Made by a program: the position numbers and the translations under genes. Of a stretch of 64,000 bases of DNA, positions 62,720 to 64,000 are shown one piece after another. The notes under the pieces are model-generated. The model saw nothing but the letters and a program-made list of their open reading frames with translations, was not told the origin of the DNA and ran no database searches. This DNA comes from Centroscyllium fabricii. Lineage: Eukaryota. The stretch lies in contig JBNRSN020000011.1 in the NCBI GenBank assembly GCA_051313645.2, positions 109,492,001-109,556,000 of the forward strand, in the 5' to 3' direction. Numbering within the stretch: position 1 is the first letter of the stretch; each line of letters opens with the position of its first letter.

Positions 62720-63715
62720 ACAAGAAAAAAGATACTGCAGATGTTGGAAATCTGAAATAAAAACAGAAATTGCTGGCAATACTCAGGTCAGGCAGCATCT
62801 ATGGTGAGAGAAACAGAGTTAACATTTTAGGCCGATGACCTTTCGTCAGAACTGGAATAGATTATAGATATAACAGGTTTTAAGTAAGTAGAAGCAGGAA
62901 AAATGGAGAGAGGAGGAAGAACAAAAAGGGATGGTCTGTGATGGGGTGGAAGGCAGGTGACAAAAGGGACGATGGTGCAAGGGGAAAGTAAATGGGAATG
63001 GGACAAGTAAACAAGCAACAGTCTAGAGGAGGTGTAAATGGGAATATCAGAATCATCAGCAACACCTGCCGTCCGAGAAAAATGGGGGGAAAGGTTATGA
63101 TCTGAAATTGTTGAACTCAAGGTTGAATCCGGAAGACTGTAAAGTGCCATCAAAAGATGAGGTGCTGTTCCTTGAGCTTACATTGAGCTTCATTGGAGTA
63201 TACCGTACAGTATATAGCGAGGTGCTGTGGGAAAGGGAGTAGGTGTTGGGGGTGATCAAGGACACCCACTCCCCTTCCCACGGCACCTTCCGTGCAAGCA
63301 CGGAAAATGCATCGTCTGCCCTTTTACCTCCTCCCTTCCCACTGTCCAGAGCCCCAAACACTCCTTCCAGCGATTTACTTATACTTCTTTCAATTTAGTA
63401 TACTGTATTCACTGCTCACGATGCAGTCTCCTCTACACTGCAGAGACCAAACGCAGATCCCGTGACGGCTTTGCAGAACACCTCGTTCAGACCGCATGAG
63501 TGACCGAGCTCCCGGTTGCCGGTCACTTTAATTCTCCAAACCAGTCCCACTCTGATCTCTTTGTCCTCGGCTGCCTACACCAATCCAATGAAACTCAACC
63601 TAAGCTTGAAGAACAGCATGCCATCTCAATTATGTGCTCAACAGCCTTCTGAACTCAACACTGAGTTCAACAATTTCAGATCAGAACCTCTGCCCCCATT
63701 TTTCTAGATGGCAGC
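62720..63715. mobile_element. Penelope-like element with inverted arms (62720-63225 minus; 63240-63715 plus)
   Basis: Plus arm FTYTSFNLVYCIHCSRCSLLYTAETKRR (GIY-YIG). Both arms encode EFNNFRS. The minus arm has a degenerate hammerhead at 62817-62853. Confidence 0.82.
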
Positions 63716-63724
63716 TGATATATA

Positions 63725-64000
63725 AATAAAAGTTGTTCCAACACCTTTAACGTAGTAAAACATCCCAAGCCGCGTCACAGGAGTATTAAAAGACAAAAAA
63801 TGTGACACCAAGCCACACAAGGAGAAATCAGAGCAGGCGACCAAAAGCTTGGTCAGATGTAGGTTTTAAGAAGTGTCTTAAAGGAGGAAAGAGAGGCAGA
63901 GGTTTAGGCAGGGAATTCCAGAGCTTAGGGCCGAGGTAGCAGATGGTACGGCCACCAATGGGTGAGTGGTTATAATCAGGGATGCTCAAGAGGGCAGAAT
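63725..64000 (-). mobile_element. L2 LINE 3' end, runs off the window
   Basis: Similar to 16060-16320 (gaattccagagcttagggcc...). Confidence 0.75.

Overview
Vertebrate genomic DNA, most likely from a cartilaginous fish (shark/ray-type HE1-like V-SINEs and CR1 LINEs dominate). The window lies inside the FAF1 gene on the minus strand. Three coding exons with canonical AG/GT sites and compatible phases are visible (57130-57335, 26955-27046, 19568-19671), separated by very large, repeat-filled introns. Most ORFs in the supplied track are retroelement fragments or spurious. The introns contain: many CR1 and L2 LINE pieces (two young); a full-length degenerate CsRn1-type Gypsy LTR element (both LTRs, 4-bp TSD, tRNA-Trp PBS, PPT, CHCC gag); a truncated class I-like endogenous retrovirus (LTR, tRNA-Ser PBS, myristoylated Gag start); Penelope-like elements with minimal hammerhead ribozyme motifs; hAT- and Harbinger-like non-autonomous DNA elements; and a four-copy TA-targeting MITE family packed with NRF1/YY1-like motifs whose copies carry different central cargo. 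Several templated-insertion and foldback structures are also visible. All calls were made by eye without database searches, and many repeat boundaries are approximate.
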